A stretch of DNA of 64,000 nucleotides from Octopus vulgaris (lineage: Eukaryota), in contig OX597821.1 of the NCBI GenBank assembly GCA_951406725.2, forward strand, positions 85,498,001 to 85,562,000, in the 5' to 3' direction. Position 1 is the stretch's first letter. Every line of letters starts with the position of its first letter. A program made the position numbers and the translations under genes. Below the pieces are notes generated by a model. It was not told where the DNA came from and did not search any database. It saw only the letters and a list, made by a program, of their open reading frames with translations. Shown here in pieces: positions 51,626 through 64,000 of the stretch.

Positions 51626-54299
51626 AAAAAAAAGTGTATGATTTTAACTAGATCAAGTTCTGAAGTACTATAGTGAAGTAATGATTATTTAGTTACCTCA
51701 CACTAATAGCAGCATGTTAATAATTATAATTACAGTACACAAAGTGTATGAAACTATTGTTGATAAAGTGTAGAAAAATATACAATTACATACACAAAAA
51801 ATAAAAAAAAAATGATACGCAACAATAACAGAATTGTGAAAAAAGGAAAAAAAAGAAAAGAAAAAATGAAAATAGAACACAAAGTGAGGTTCTTTTACTT
51901 AATCTTTGACCATCTCGTTATTTTTTCTTTCTTGCTCTCAACTCTCTCCACTGTCCTTCCAGTTTATAGTATCTATGACCAACATAATCACAGGACCCAT
52001 TCCACACACAACAGTAATTTCAGTTGTTGAAAAGAATTGTATCATGTTACTAGCAAGGGACTCATAAATAGGAGAGCAATTTCTATAGGGGAACATTTCA
52101 AAATGAAAAGAAGCTATTGAATATTTTTAGACAAACAAAAACATTTCCAAACAAGCAGAGACAAATAAACATATGCACTGACCCCTTGTATATATATATA
52201 TAATAAAAAAAAAAGAAGAAAAGAAATTGTTGGAGGGGTAGATGTAATCAAGCAATAACTGCCTGTCAGTCTTTCTTCAAGACTGAGAGACAAGTAAAAT
52301 AATGAGTGCTGAAAACAATAAAAGGTCATTAAGTATTCCAGTAACTTTGCCAATAATCAACTTTAAAGACACAAATCTAGTGAACTGTTTAATGTTGCAA
52401 TATTCAGGCATAAAGTACAATGGTTGTGAGTTCTAACCTTAGCACAGCCAGATTTTTCTTTTTAATAGATTAGGCAGGAGGGAAGGGGTAGTAACTATGA
52501 ACCCTCTCCAAGGCTTCAGCAACTGGTGAGTAGAAAGAAGGACATCTCATGCCAAAAGCCTACCCCCAATAGACAAGACTCTGCTAAAAGAACCCACAGG
52601 TTAGGTGGTGGTGTTAAACAGAGTGACAGACTGCATAAAACACCCTGAAATAGAAATATTTCCTCCAATAGCTCGTATACAGTTTCTGTCTACCAAATTT
52701 CACTCATAAGTCTTTGATCATTTACAGGCTATAGCAGAAGAGGCTTGCCTGAGGTGCAATAGGGCCAAACCAAAAAACACAGTTGTTAAGTGACTTTCTT
52801 AACCACACAGCCAATCATGCACCTAGATTGCCTAGGAAAGACTGATTACTCTACTTTTCTTCCCATCCTTGCTGGCAATAGATTTCACTCATAGTACACA
52901 ACCGAACAAGTAATTAGCAAAAGACAGGGCATCCATGCGAGGGGAAAATTACCCCCACCATCTTGAAAATATTTAGGCTTCCCCACACTGCCAATGTTAA
53001 TACTAAACAAAGACAATAAATTTTTTTTAATTGTAAAGCAGTGCGTATGAAGCTGTTAAACTACTGACCATGGAATTATATGCTGAAATCTTTATCTGGC
53101 ACTGTGCTATGCCTCAAGGCAAGGAACTTTAGTCTGCCTCAGCTGAAAATAGGTGCCATCCTTCAATTTAAAATAAATTAAGTAATACAATGTGCAGCTA
53201 TCTGGTATAAGTTCTGCCAACAGAAATTGAAATATAATTACAGTAGTGAAAATAAAGGAAAAAGTTGTCTAAGTTAGATACAAATGCCAAATAATAAAAA
53301 CTTGAAGCATGGCCAAATTAAGGTTTTAGTTTCTAAAAACAAGAGATAACCTATAATTTCTGTCTGTTTTGTTTATTCAGTTATGTGACTGCAACGAGAG
53401 ACAAATAAGATATAACAGTAACACAGATAAGTATATATATAAATACTGAGGGAGAGAGAAAGAGAGATATTACAAACATGAAGCAAAAATATCTACATTT
53501 GATATTGTTGAAACAGAAACATCATCTATGTTCGATAGTGTTACAACAAAAACAATATTTCAACTACAATTTAAATGGTGGTGGGCTGGGCAAACGACAT
53601 GTTGCAACAGAGATTTGATTTATTTCGACAAGTAAAGAATCAAATTTTAGATAAGCACTTATGTTTGTAAGTAATGTTAAAATAACTGCAAAATATCGTT
53701 TTCCTTAAGAGAGAGAGAAAGAGAAGGTAGGTTGGGTGAGATAAAATAAATAAAACCAATGTATATTTACTGTTTCTGCAGAAAATGGGAAATCAAATAC
53801 TTAAAAACAATAATAAATTTAAGATAAAAAATTTTAAATCCCAAAGCTTTCTTTTTAAAACTATGTTTAATCTGTTTAACCTCTTTAGTAATGAAACTTT
53901 GTTGTATTAACATTACTGTCATATATAAGGTAACATGCAAACAAAAATAAGTTTTGAAAACTTTTCTGCTTGTTTTGTACAGAAAATAAAAATGCAAGAA
54001 TTAATAATAACCCTATATCAAATTTTAACAATGTCACATTACTCAAGTCAAAAAACTATCTTAGCATGGAATAAAGAATGTGATATCTTCCAACTACTGG
54101 GAAGAATTTTCAGAATTAAAATGACTCATAAAGCATTAAAATTCTTTCTGACAAATATATTATTCAAATGAAATAAATTCAAATGGTTGCTTTACAATAG
54201 AGTAAATCTATTCACAAATGAATGAATTAATGAAATGAATGTGTGTGTGTGTGTGTGTGCGTGCGTGCACACATGCATGTGCACCATTCCAAATGCAAT

Positions 54300-54510
54300 A
54301 CATCATCATATTAATATCCACTTTCACATACTTGCATGAAGTGGATGGAGTTTATTGAGGCAGATTTTCTAAAGCTGGATGCTCTTCCTGTCACCAACCC
54401 TTACTAGTTTTCAAGTAAGGTAATATTTCTCCTAGACCAGACATGTTTTTGAAGAATATTGGGAATAAATGACATTCATTTACAACAAGCATGCAATAAG
54501 AAGGCAAGGA
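54300..54510 (-). mobile_element. Variant C-tail SINE fragment
   Basis: Matches 18890-19100 and 37886-38100. Confidence 0.75.
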
Positions 54511-56944
54511 GACACATTGAAAGTAATTTTTTTAATTTGCTAACCCTTGTTTAATACTGTGAATTAAAAAAGTCTGATAAAAAAAAAAAGAAAAAAAAAA
54601 AAGAACTCATTACTATACTTCATAACCAGTGGTCAAATTTGACCTCTTCAGTAATAGAAAATTGCACATAGCAAGAAAGTTAAGTGTGCAACAGGAATAT
54701 TAGAAAATAATGTTTACGAGCTAAGATATTTTATTCTGCATGTGAGAGAAAAAAAATGTCAAAAAGTAGAGTGACTGCCAATTTAATAAATATTAAACTG
54801 ACCCGGTCACTTTGTTGAGTTTAGGAAAAATTATTCTAAGACAGCTATAGTCTTGGCTTAGAAACTTGATCCTGATTCCAATAATAGTAACATTGTAATA
54901 CAAAGTTTCTAGATTAAAAAATGTCACATGAATTGTCAATTAATGAACAGGAAAGACCATTTACTAACATTCTGGTTGAATGGTGACAAAATGTGGTTAC
55001 TCTTTCAGAATATTAAATGCCACTGACAGTTAAGATTAAGTATGCTTTTATTGTAGTTATCTATCAAGAGTGAAAAGGTAAACTGGAACATCATTATACT
55101 AAAAGAAAAAGATCCTAGTTTGGTTAACTAGTAAAAGAAAGGTGTTACATTTATTATCATACCTATGATCATATTGTCAGTAGCACAGTTGAAAAAGATG
55201 AAGGGTATACTCAAACTGTTTCATTTTATGTAGTCTCTACAATAGATTATTGGCTGTCCAGGATCATGTGAATTTATCTCAATGAGGAAAAATCAAATTT
55301 CTGAAGATAACCAGAACCCCATGCCCATCCAGTAGGTGTCCCACCCCGCAAGCACTCAAAATTTTACAACAAGCCTCAAAAAACCTTTTGAGCTGTTAGC
55401 AGACTAATTAATAACACAACTAAAAGTGATAAACTACATTTAGGTGTTAACAAAACAAAACAGTAAAACTTTACTAATGAGCTAGTCTAATAACGAAATT
55501 GAGATGGGTGACAGCTTTTCTTGATGGGCATTCAATAGAAAAGACATTTTTTTTTCAAATAGCACCTTAACTGGTGTAATTAAACAGAAAACATATTAAA
55601 TATTATAGACCATTTACCATTTGACTGAATGGTAAATATAGAATATATTAACAAGTTTCCATATCTTTTTTAATTCAGATACACTTACAGAATAGACAAA
55701 ATCTAGCAACCTTATTGAGACTCACAAGATTGCTCAACTTACTAGAAATAGCAGGTAAATCTTCCTCAAAATACACTGTTTTTTTTAAATAAGGAAAGGT
55801 CACAATAGATAGTGGGATTGTCACAGATAGAATGTCTTTGATTGAAGCCTGATTGATTATGGTTTGATCTAAACAACAACAACAGCAAAACTAAAAACAA
55901 CAATTGGCAGTAACCTCAAATGTATGTAAAAGAGAAAAAAATATGCTTTGAATGTCGGTATCCTATTTCTCTTAACTTGTTGAAGGAATAAGATACAAGA
56001 TGTGAATGTGTTGTTACTGTATCAGTGTAATCAGAATTCCATTATTTCAAGTAGCAATTAAGTTGAAAATTAATTTAAAATGCGAAAATGAGAAAAAAAA
56101 AAGCAATGCTTGCCCCAGCAAATTTTAAAATGTGAACTTGGAAAAGTTTGAAAAATATTATCAGGATTCTGAAATCAATGAAAATTTGAAATATTTCAAG
56201 TTTTATTTTATTTTATTTACTTTTGGTAGGAAAAAGGTTATCAAAATGTCCAAATTTAAATATCAACAAGGTTAAAAATAAGTGAAAAGTGTAAATTACA
56301 TAGGAAAATACCAAAACTTAAAACTAATTTATATCTTTCCTAAGATAAGTATATTCAGGTTGATGAAAATAAGATAGATTAACAGCCTGGAAGTACTTCT
56401 TATAACTTAATCTACCGTCAGATTCAGAGTTACAACATTGCTGACTTGTCCTCTTTTATCATACTTTCAATAAAATTGTCTCATTATTAATTGTTAAATG
56501 AAACACTGTAAGAGGAAAAATCCAACTCACTTCTACATGACCCTGCAAGGGAAAAAAAAAATGTCATCTCTCTAGCTACAAAGAAATGCTTTTGTTTTAA
56601 GCAATGAATGAAGCCTTAATTAGTTTTAAAATTATATGTAATTTAATTGTGAAGGCAGGAATAAGTAGCTTATCCTAGAGATTCTGAAAGAGTTATACTA
56701 AATTTTGAAATCTTGACCATTTGATCAGTTTATTATTTAAATACACACACACACATACAACATACCTTGATACTAGTTTATGATTGTATGTACTCTAAGC
56801 AACTTAGGTTAAGTTCCTTAATTTGGATGGTTACAGTTTTGATGTCACTTTAGAACAGATACAAGGTTTACAGTAGATGCAACAGGTGATGTTATAACTT
56901 CCTCCATTTTCTACATTATATACAGAGGTATAAGCATGTTTGTA

Positions 56945-57218
56945 TACTCTTTTACTTGTTTCAGTCATTTGACTGCAGCCATGCTGGAGCACTGCCTTTA
57001 GTCGAGGAAATCACCCCCAAGACTTATTCTCTGTAAGCCTAGTACTTATTCTATCGGTCTCTTTTGCCAAACTGCTAAGTTATGGGGATGTAAACACACC
57101 AGCATCGGTTGTCAAGTGATGTTGGAGGGACAAACACAGACACACACAAATATATATACATATACATATATACGACAGGCTTCTTTCAGTTTCCGTCTAC
57201 CAAATCCACTCACAAGGC
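56945..57218 (-). mobile_element. SINE family A lacking its tRNA head
   Basis: Homology stops at cacaaggc, immediately before the outer inverted-repeat arm. Confidence 0.9.
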
Positions 57219-57219
57219 C

Positions 57220-57310
57220 TTATCTATTCCAAAAGTTAACACCATTGATATTTGAAACCAGAGCAAAATGAGCTGAAACGACCAGATTATATGATGCTTA
57301 TATCCACATG

Positions 57311-57354
<44 letters not shown>

Positions 57355-58287
57355 TGTGTGTATTTGTACAGTAGTTAGAATTTTCTTACCAATAGAGAAT
57401 GAGCCAGTTTCTAGTTTAGAAGCAAAACTCCCTGAATGAAATTTACACACCATCAAACTGAGCAGACTTGTATGTATGTATGTATGTATGTATGTATGTA
57501 TGTATATATGCATGTATGTAGACATGGGTGCAAGCACTAATGGCATTGAATATATCATTTTACATGCTGAACTGTGTATGTTTTACATATTTTGATGAAG
57601 TCTTTGACAGCATATAACTATAATCTTTTGAGTGAGTGTATATATTTGCAGATATATATTTATATGTATGTGTGCATGTATATATATATGTGTGTGTGTG
57701 CGTACATATATATATGGTGTATGTATGTGTGTGTGTGTGTGTATGCATATGTATATGTGTATATGCTGCCAAAAGGAAGGTAGGTACACAAAAAAGACTC
57801 AAATAGATTACATTGCCCTTTCCTTTTTTTATATAACAAATTTTCTGTTATTTTTGTACCATTCTTTTCTCTCTTCCAATGTGTACTATACCTTCTGTAG
57901 CCTCCTTCATGGTCAAATTTATGTGAATGTGTGTGTGTATGAATATATATGTGTGTCTATATACGCATGTCTGCATATCTATGTATGCACTTGTATATAC
58001 ATACATATTTGTGTATGTATATACACACACACACACATATAGATGTATATACACATGCATATTTGCATCTAAATGCGTGTGTCCATATAGTTAGTTAACA
58101 TTTTTATTTGCTTTTGGATATTTTATGCCCTTTCATGTCTTGTTGAAATTTTCTTTTTAATGATGATTCCTGCCTATCTTAAGTATCTATTCGCAGAAAA
58201 TACCTTAATGTGTGTGTGTGTGTGTGCGCGTGCCTATCTGCATGTTTGGTGTCTTGAGTGTGTAGTTATATTCCAAATCTTATTAAA
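57220..58287 (+). repeat. Outer inverted repeat, left arm
   Basis: Reverse complement of 60699-61713, with scattered substitutions and microsatellite length changes. Confidence 0.95.
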
Positions 58288-58903
58288 GGATGGGTTTTAG
58301 CTAAAAGTGAGATAGAAAATTAAAAGAAGTCTAACTGTAATGGTAAATAAAACAATTATGTACTGCACCAAGCTCAAAAAAAAAAAAAAGGTGAACATGG
58401 TCAACTAACCTATTAGAAATAACAGTCAAAACTTAAAAAAGAAGATACAAAACCAATGTAGTCCTAGACATACAAGCAAAAATGTCTGGTCATAGTTTGC
58501 CATAAATTTACTCAATCAGCAGGACATACTTGGGACAGAACGGAGCAAGAACATTTTATTTCAATTTAGAGGGAAAAGGTGGGGAAAATCTGCATTTTTA
58601 ACCAATACAACGTTTAAAGCTGTAAGTAACTTTAGAATATGCATTTCACTACCAATCAATAAACATGGAAAAGTGGTGAATAAAAAGTGCTATTTCTAAT
58701 CAACAGAGTAAATGAAGATGGAACAATTTAACAATTAGCGAACAAGAGTCTAACTAAGGCTGATTTATCTATCATCAAAACATTAAAATCAAAATAAAAC
58801 ACAAGCAAAAGTTCAAATTAACCAAGCAGAATATTAATTAGAAACCTTAAATGAAAAGAAAACTTGTGAAATATTAATCTAATCATGTCAAGCTATTAGA
58901 GAG

Positions 58904-59068
58904 TGATCAAACAGTTGTTTGTATAGTTTATAATAAAATTATTCCAATAAGATTTACACAGACAAGCCTTTGTGTGATATCTAATAGAAGAGAAAGTTTA
59001 TAAAAATAGATGACCTGCAAGTATCAATAATTTAGCAATTTCTTGATCTGTTTCATATACAAATACAA

Positions 59069-59118
<50 letters not shown>

Positions 59119-59180
59119 TTGTAAACAAAACATATCTCTGAATAAAGCTTATAAATTACATTTATAAATTATATATATAT
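58904..59180 (+). repeat. Middle inverted repeat, left arm (partner ~59630-59925)
   Basis: 58904-59044 pairs with 59781-59925; ~59070-59180 pairs with ~59630-59737. Confidence 0.93.
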
Positions 59181-59184
59181 AGAC

Positions 59185-59221
<37 letters not shown>

Positions 59222-59287
59222 TATGCATATTACCTACACATACATGTATACGTGAAAATGCATACATGCAGATATGCATATATACAT

Positions 59288-59570
59288 AATATACTGTTAA
59301 TATTTTTATTTGTTTATCTTTTGTTAATTCATGTATTGGCAAAATTATTATTTTCATTAAATATCCTTTTAGTTTGACGTTTTATAGCATTTCAATAATT
59401 CCACAATAAGAACAAGATATTTTTATTTTTGCTCTTGTTGATGTGTGTGTTTGAGTATATCTGTAAATATAAATAGGTGTAGGTATGTATGCATGTATAT
59501 GTGAAAATAATAATTTTGCCAATACATGAATTAACAAAAGATAAACAAATAAAAATATCAACAGTATATT
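59288..59570. repeat. Inner inverted repeat: 69-bp arms around a 145-nt loop
   Basis: 59288-59356 versus 59502-59570, one mismatch. Confidence 0.95.
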
Positions 59571-59615
59571 CTGCAATAAAATTACTCTAAAATTATAGAA
59601 GTTGCTAAGTATGAA

Positions 59616-59656
<41 letters not shown>

Positions 59657-59703
59657 AAATGTAATTTATAAGCTTTATTCAGAGATATGTTTTGTTTACA
59701 ATA

Positions 59704-59741
<38 letters not shown>

Positions 59742-60171
59742 ATTCACACCTCTTCACGAAAACATCATTCTTATTGCTATAAGAAATTGCTAAATTATTG
59801 ATACTTGCAGGTCATCTGTTTTTATAAACTTTCTGTTCTATTAGATATCACACAAAAGCTTGTCTGTGTAAATCTTATTGGAATTTTTTGTTATAAGACT
59901 ATAAACAAACAACTGCATTTGATCAGTGTCTGCTTCCACCACATCTTATTCATGGATTAAACAATTCCAGACAGTATTCAAACAAGAAAATTTGTTCTAT
60001 GAAGCCAGGGGTAATAATATTTCAATTCAATACATCATAAATGTAATAGTGGCTGAATGGATAAGGATGTTTAGTTACAAGTAAATATGTATTATTTGTT
60101 CATTCTAAAATTGAGATTAATAGTATGAAAGATATAGATCGCACAATGTGAGGAATCTGTTTCTTTTGCTA

Positions 60172-60570
60172 TTACTCTTACTCTTTTACTTGTTTCAGTC
60201 ATTTGACTGCGGCCATGCTGGAGCACCGCCTTTAATTTAGAAACTCGACCCCGGGACTTATTCTTTTGTAAGCCCAGTACTTATTCTATTGGTCTCTTTT
60301 GCCGAACCGCTAAGTAATGGAGACATAAACACACCAGCATTGGTTGTCAAGCAATGCTAGGGGGACAAACACAGACACACACGCATATATATATATACAT
60401 ATATACAACGGGCTTCTTTCAGTTTCCGTCTACCAAATCCACTCACAAGGCTTTGGTCGGCCTGAGGCTATAGTAGAAGACACTTGCCCAAGGTGCCACG
60501 CAGTGGGACTGAACCCGGAACCATGTGGTTGGTAAACAAGCTACTTACCACACAGCCCCTCCTGCACCTA
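60172..60570 (-). mobile_element. Young full-length SINE family A
   Basis: Reverse complement of 27552-27983. Confidence 0.92.
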
Positions 60571-60698
60571 TTGCTTCTAGTTTTTGAAAAAAATTTTCTG
60601 TAATGTAGTTAGTTCAGTGCAGAGGAAGATTAATTCATGGTGCTATGAAGACCTCTTAGCCTGTTGCTGGGAACAAGAGGCAAATGAAAATTAGTGAG

Positions 60699-61248
60699 TT
60701 TAATAAGATTTGGAATATAACTACACACTCAAGACACCAAACATGCAGATAGGCAGGCAGGCACGCGCACACACACACACACATTAAGGTATTTTCTGCG
60801 AATAGATACTTAAGATAGGCGGGAGTCATCATTAAAAAGAAAATTTCAACAAGACGTGAAAGGGCATAAAATATCCAAAAGCAAATAAAAATGTTAACTA
60901 ACTATACGGACACATACATTTAGATGCAAATATGCATGTGTATATACATCTATATGTGTGTGTCTGTGTGTATACACACACACATATGTATGCATATATA
61001 AGTGCATAGATAGACATGCAGACATGCATATATAGACACACATATATATTCATACACACACATTCACATAAATTCGACCATGAAGGCTACAGAATGTATA
61101 GTACACATTGGAAGAGAGAAAAGAATGATACAAAAATAATAGAAAATTTGTTATAAAAAAAAGGAAAGGACAATGGGTCTTTTTTGTGTACCTACCTTCC
61201 TTTTGGCAGCATATACACATATACATATGCATACATACATACATACAC

Positions 61249-61292
<44 letters not shown>

Positions 61293-61713
61293 CACACACA
61301 CATACATATAAATATATATCTGCAACTATATACACTCACTCAAAAAATTATAGCTATACGCTGTCAAAGGCTTTATCAAAATATGTAAAACATACACAGT
61401 TCAGCATGTAAAATGATATATTCAATGCCAGTAGTGCTTGCACCCATGTTTACATACATGCATATATACATACATGCATACATACATACAAGTCTGCTCA
61501 GTTTGATGGGGTGTAAATTTCATTCAGGGAGTTTTGCTTCTAAACTAGAAACTGGCTCATTCTCTATTGGTAAGAAAATTTTAACTACTGTACAAATACA
61601 CACACACACACACACACACATGCATGTGGATATAAGCATCATATAATCTGGTCGTTTCAGCTCATTTTGCTTTGGTTTCAAATATCAATGGTGTTAACTT
61701 TTGGAATAGATAA
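60699..61713 (-). repeat. Outer inverted repeat, right arm
   Basis: Reverse complement of 57220-58287. Confidence 0.95.
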
Positions 61714-61879
61714 ATGAGAACTAGTCCCGTGCCAAGGATGATTATGTACTTTGTCAATGTCTGTCAGTTGGTCCCTCCTAATACAAGAAATTGACTGTTG
61801 TCTGTCTAGGTGGGGGGAATGGGCTCTGTCAGCACATATATAATGCACACGTACACATAGATATATGTATATATACATC

Positions 61880-62225
61880 TGAGACCCCCTTCCGTCACGA
61901 CACTGACCATGGGATTGCACGTAGAAAGTTACCCTCCCAGGCACAAGTCTGGGCAAGGTTGTTTTTTTTTTTTTAATGGAAGACCAGCAGTCACCCATGC
62001 ATACCGGACCCCTCTCCATGCCACCAGTGTTATACAAGGGAAAGGCAAGGGCCAATACAGCATGGCACCTGTGACGTCGCAACTCATTTCTACAGCTGAG
62101 TGAACTGAAGCAACATGAAATAAAGTGTCTTGCTCAAGAACACAACACGCAGCCCGGTCTGGGATTCGAGCTCACAACCTCACGATCATAAGCTTGACGG
62201 TCTAATCACTGAGCCATGTGCCTTC
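61880..62225 (-). mobile_element. tRNA-derived SINE family D
   Basis: Minus strand TGGCTCAGTGATTAG (A box), GAGCTCGAATCCC (B box), then a GTGTTCTTGAGCAAGACACTT...CTCAGCTG core; the 3' boundary is uncertain. Confidence 0.8.
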
Positions 62226-63292
62226 ACTGTATATATACATATACATAAATGTATATAAGAATGTGTGTGCATATATACACCATCACTTTATTCCGGTGAG
62301 GCACTGAAGATCTTGAACTGTTAATAGACTAAAAGATCAAGGAAAGCTATACTTGGGTTTAAAAAAACTCCCAAAACAAAGAAACAAAACAAAATTTATC
62401 ACATTTTCACATTACATACATATGTGTGTGAATGTTGACATTCTTCAATGACTTTATAGAGGCAATAGTCATCATCATCAAATCATCTGTTAACATCCAC
62501 CTTCCATGGTGTGGGTTGGACAATACATCAACAATTCCCTGTCAATAAATTGCATTGTAGCACAACACTTTTGAAGAGAAGGCCTAGAAAAATGGGTATG
62601 GGTTAGTAACAAGAAAATTATCCAGCAGTAAAACAATGCCTCTACATCTTCGTTATGCTAGTATGGAAAACAGAGTTTAACGAAGGAACAATACAAACAC
62701 ATACCACACACAAGTGAGAGTAAGGTGAAAATACCTCAGAAGACATCAATCAGTCAGTCAATATACCAACGTCTCTCAAGAAACATTTTTATAAAAACAG
62801 CTACAAGCTGCAAATCATAGTACAGCAGATTGTAACTTGTATGAGAAAGAAAGTTGAGGTTTAACTTAAATGAACACAGTTTATATTCATGGATGGGACA
62901 TACACAAAGCATATCCAATGAATTAGGCTCATGACTTACTCAAAGCAATTAATTAGGTATATCCATTTAATAGGTTAACTGGAGCAGAACTTCAAATTTA
63001 CTCAAACAACTTAATATCAATATAAAGATCTAATCAGAAAACCATGTAAGTAGCAGCTTTACTACAAAGTCATTATACATATGAATAACAAATCTTCTGT
63101 TGAACAGAGCACCAATGCAAATTCTAGTTTCTGGGTGTTAAATGAATGAAAGTCAAATCATCTTGAGGATTAAATGCCAAAGTGTTCCCTAAGAGAAGTA
63201 TTTAACTCAGTACTGGAACAGAGTATATAAAGCATTCAGTTTTAAGATATCACCACTGTTTATTGTCTTTTATTTACTTATAGCTAGACAGA

Positions 63293-63560
63293 GCAGACAT
63301 GGCTGTGTGGTAAGATGCATGCTTCCCAACCACACAGTTCCAGGTTCAGTCCCACTGTGTATAAACCTTGGGTAAGTGTCTTTTACTATAGCCCAGGGCT
63401 GACAAAAGCCTTGTGAGAGGATTTGGTAGATGGAAAAATATGAACAGAATGAGCACCAGGCATTAAAAATAAAAAGTTAGTGGGGTTGATTTGTTTAATT
63501 AAACTTTTCAAGAAAGTGCCCCAGCATGGCCACAATCCAATGAGTGAAACAAGTAAAAAA
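63293..63560 (+). mobile_element. Internally deleted SINE family A
   Basis: Head (ggctgtgtggtaag...ggttcagtcccactg) joined to tail (ccagcatggccacaatccaatgagtgaaacaagtaaaa). Confidence 0.8.
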
Positions 63561-64000
63561 GATAAACAGATTCAATGAGAATGACATGTCTTGGTCTGCT
63601 ACACAGCACCAGGGTTAGGATATGAACCCTTCTTCAGTTTGGTACCCTATTGATACAGTGCAGGACTGTCCTCAGCCACTATGCTGCTTATGAAATATGT
63701 GTGAAATTAAGTGATGTATTGAAGAATATAATAAATAAATAAATCCCTTGGTTTTTGAGTTACTTAGTTATTATGCTTCACAATACAAATAGTAAAAGTA
63801 TCTAAAAGATATGACTTTACTAGTCACCAAACTAAATCTTTTCCATACTTTCATCTGTTTTGAAGCGAAATGCATGCACACACATTAATAAAAGAAATAA
63901 GCTCTGGGAATGAGAAGAAGAAATATTGAAGATATTTGGAGGAATGGTGTTATGACCACATTACACATCTCTGTAAAAGAGTACAATCAAATAAAAATAC

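Overview
AT-rich, microsatellite- and transposon-rich animal DNA. The SINE families look like those of an Octopus (coleoid cephalopod) genome, which is an inference from recognition. The only host coding sequence I can support is one 127-nt minus-strand exon (3290-3416) encoding the CPxC..H zinc-finger segment of the E3 ligase RNF220, so the remaining ~60 kb is probably one very large RNF220 intron. It holds several tRNA-derived SINE families, LINE 3' fragments (RTE, CR1, Jockey-group, R4/Dong-like), an internally deleted piggyBac with related TTAA MITEs, and a hAT MITE. It also holds a complete non-autonomous Helitron carrying a LINE ORF1-like fragment and a 5'-truncated Penelope-like element with an uninterrupted GIY-YIG ORF. 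The most notable structures are (i) three minimal hammerhead-ribozyme-like motifs with three different base pairs at core positions 3:8 (G:C, C:G, U:A), two of them in fold-back elements, and (ii) a ~4.5 kb three-tier nested inverted duplication (57220-61713) whose outer arm contains a candidate frame-preserving 42-nt exon. Nearly all ORFs in the supplied track are microsatellite or SINE artefacts. Coordinates were read by eye, so repeat boundaries are approximate.
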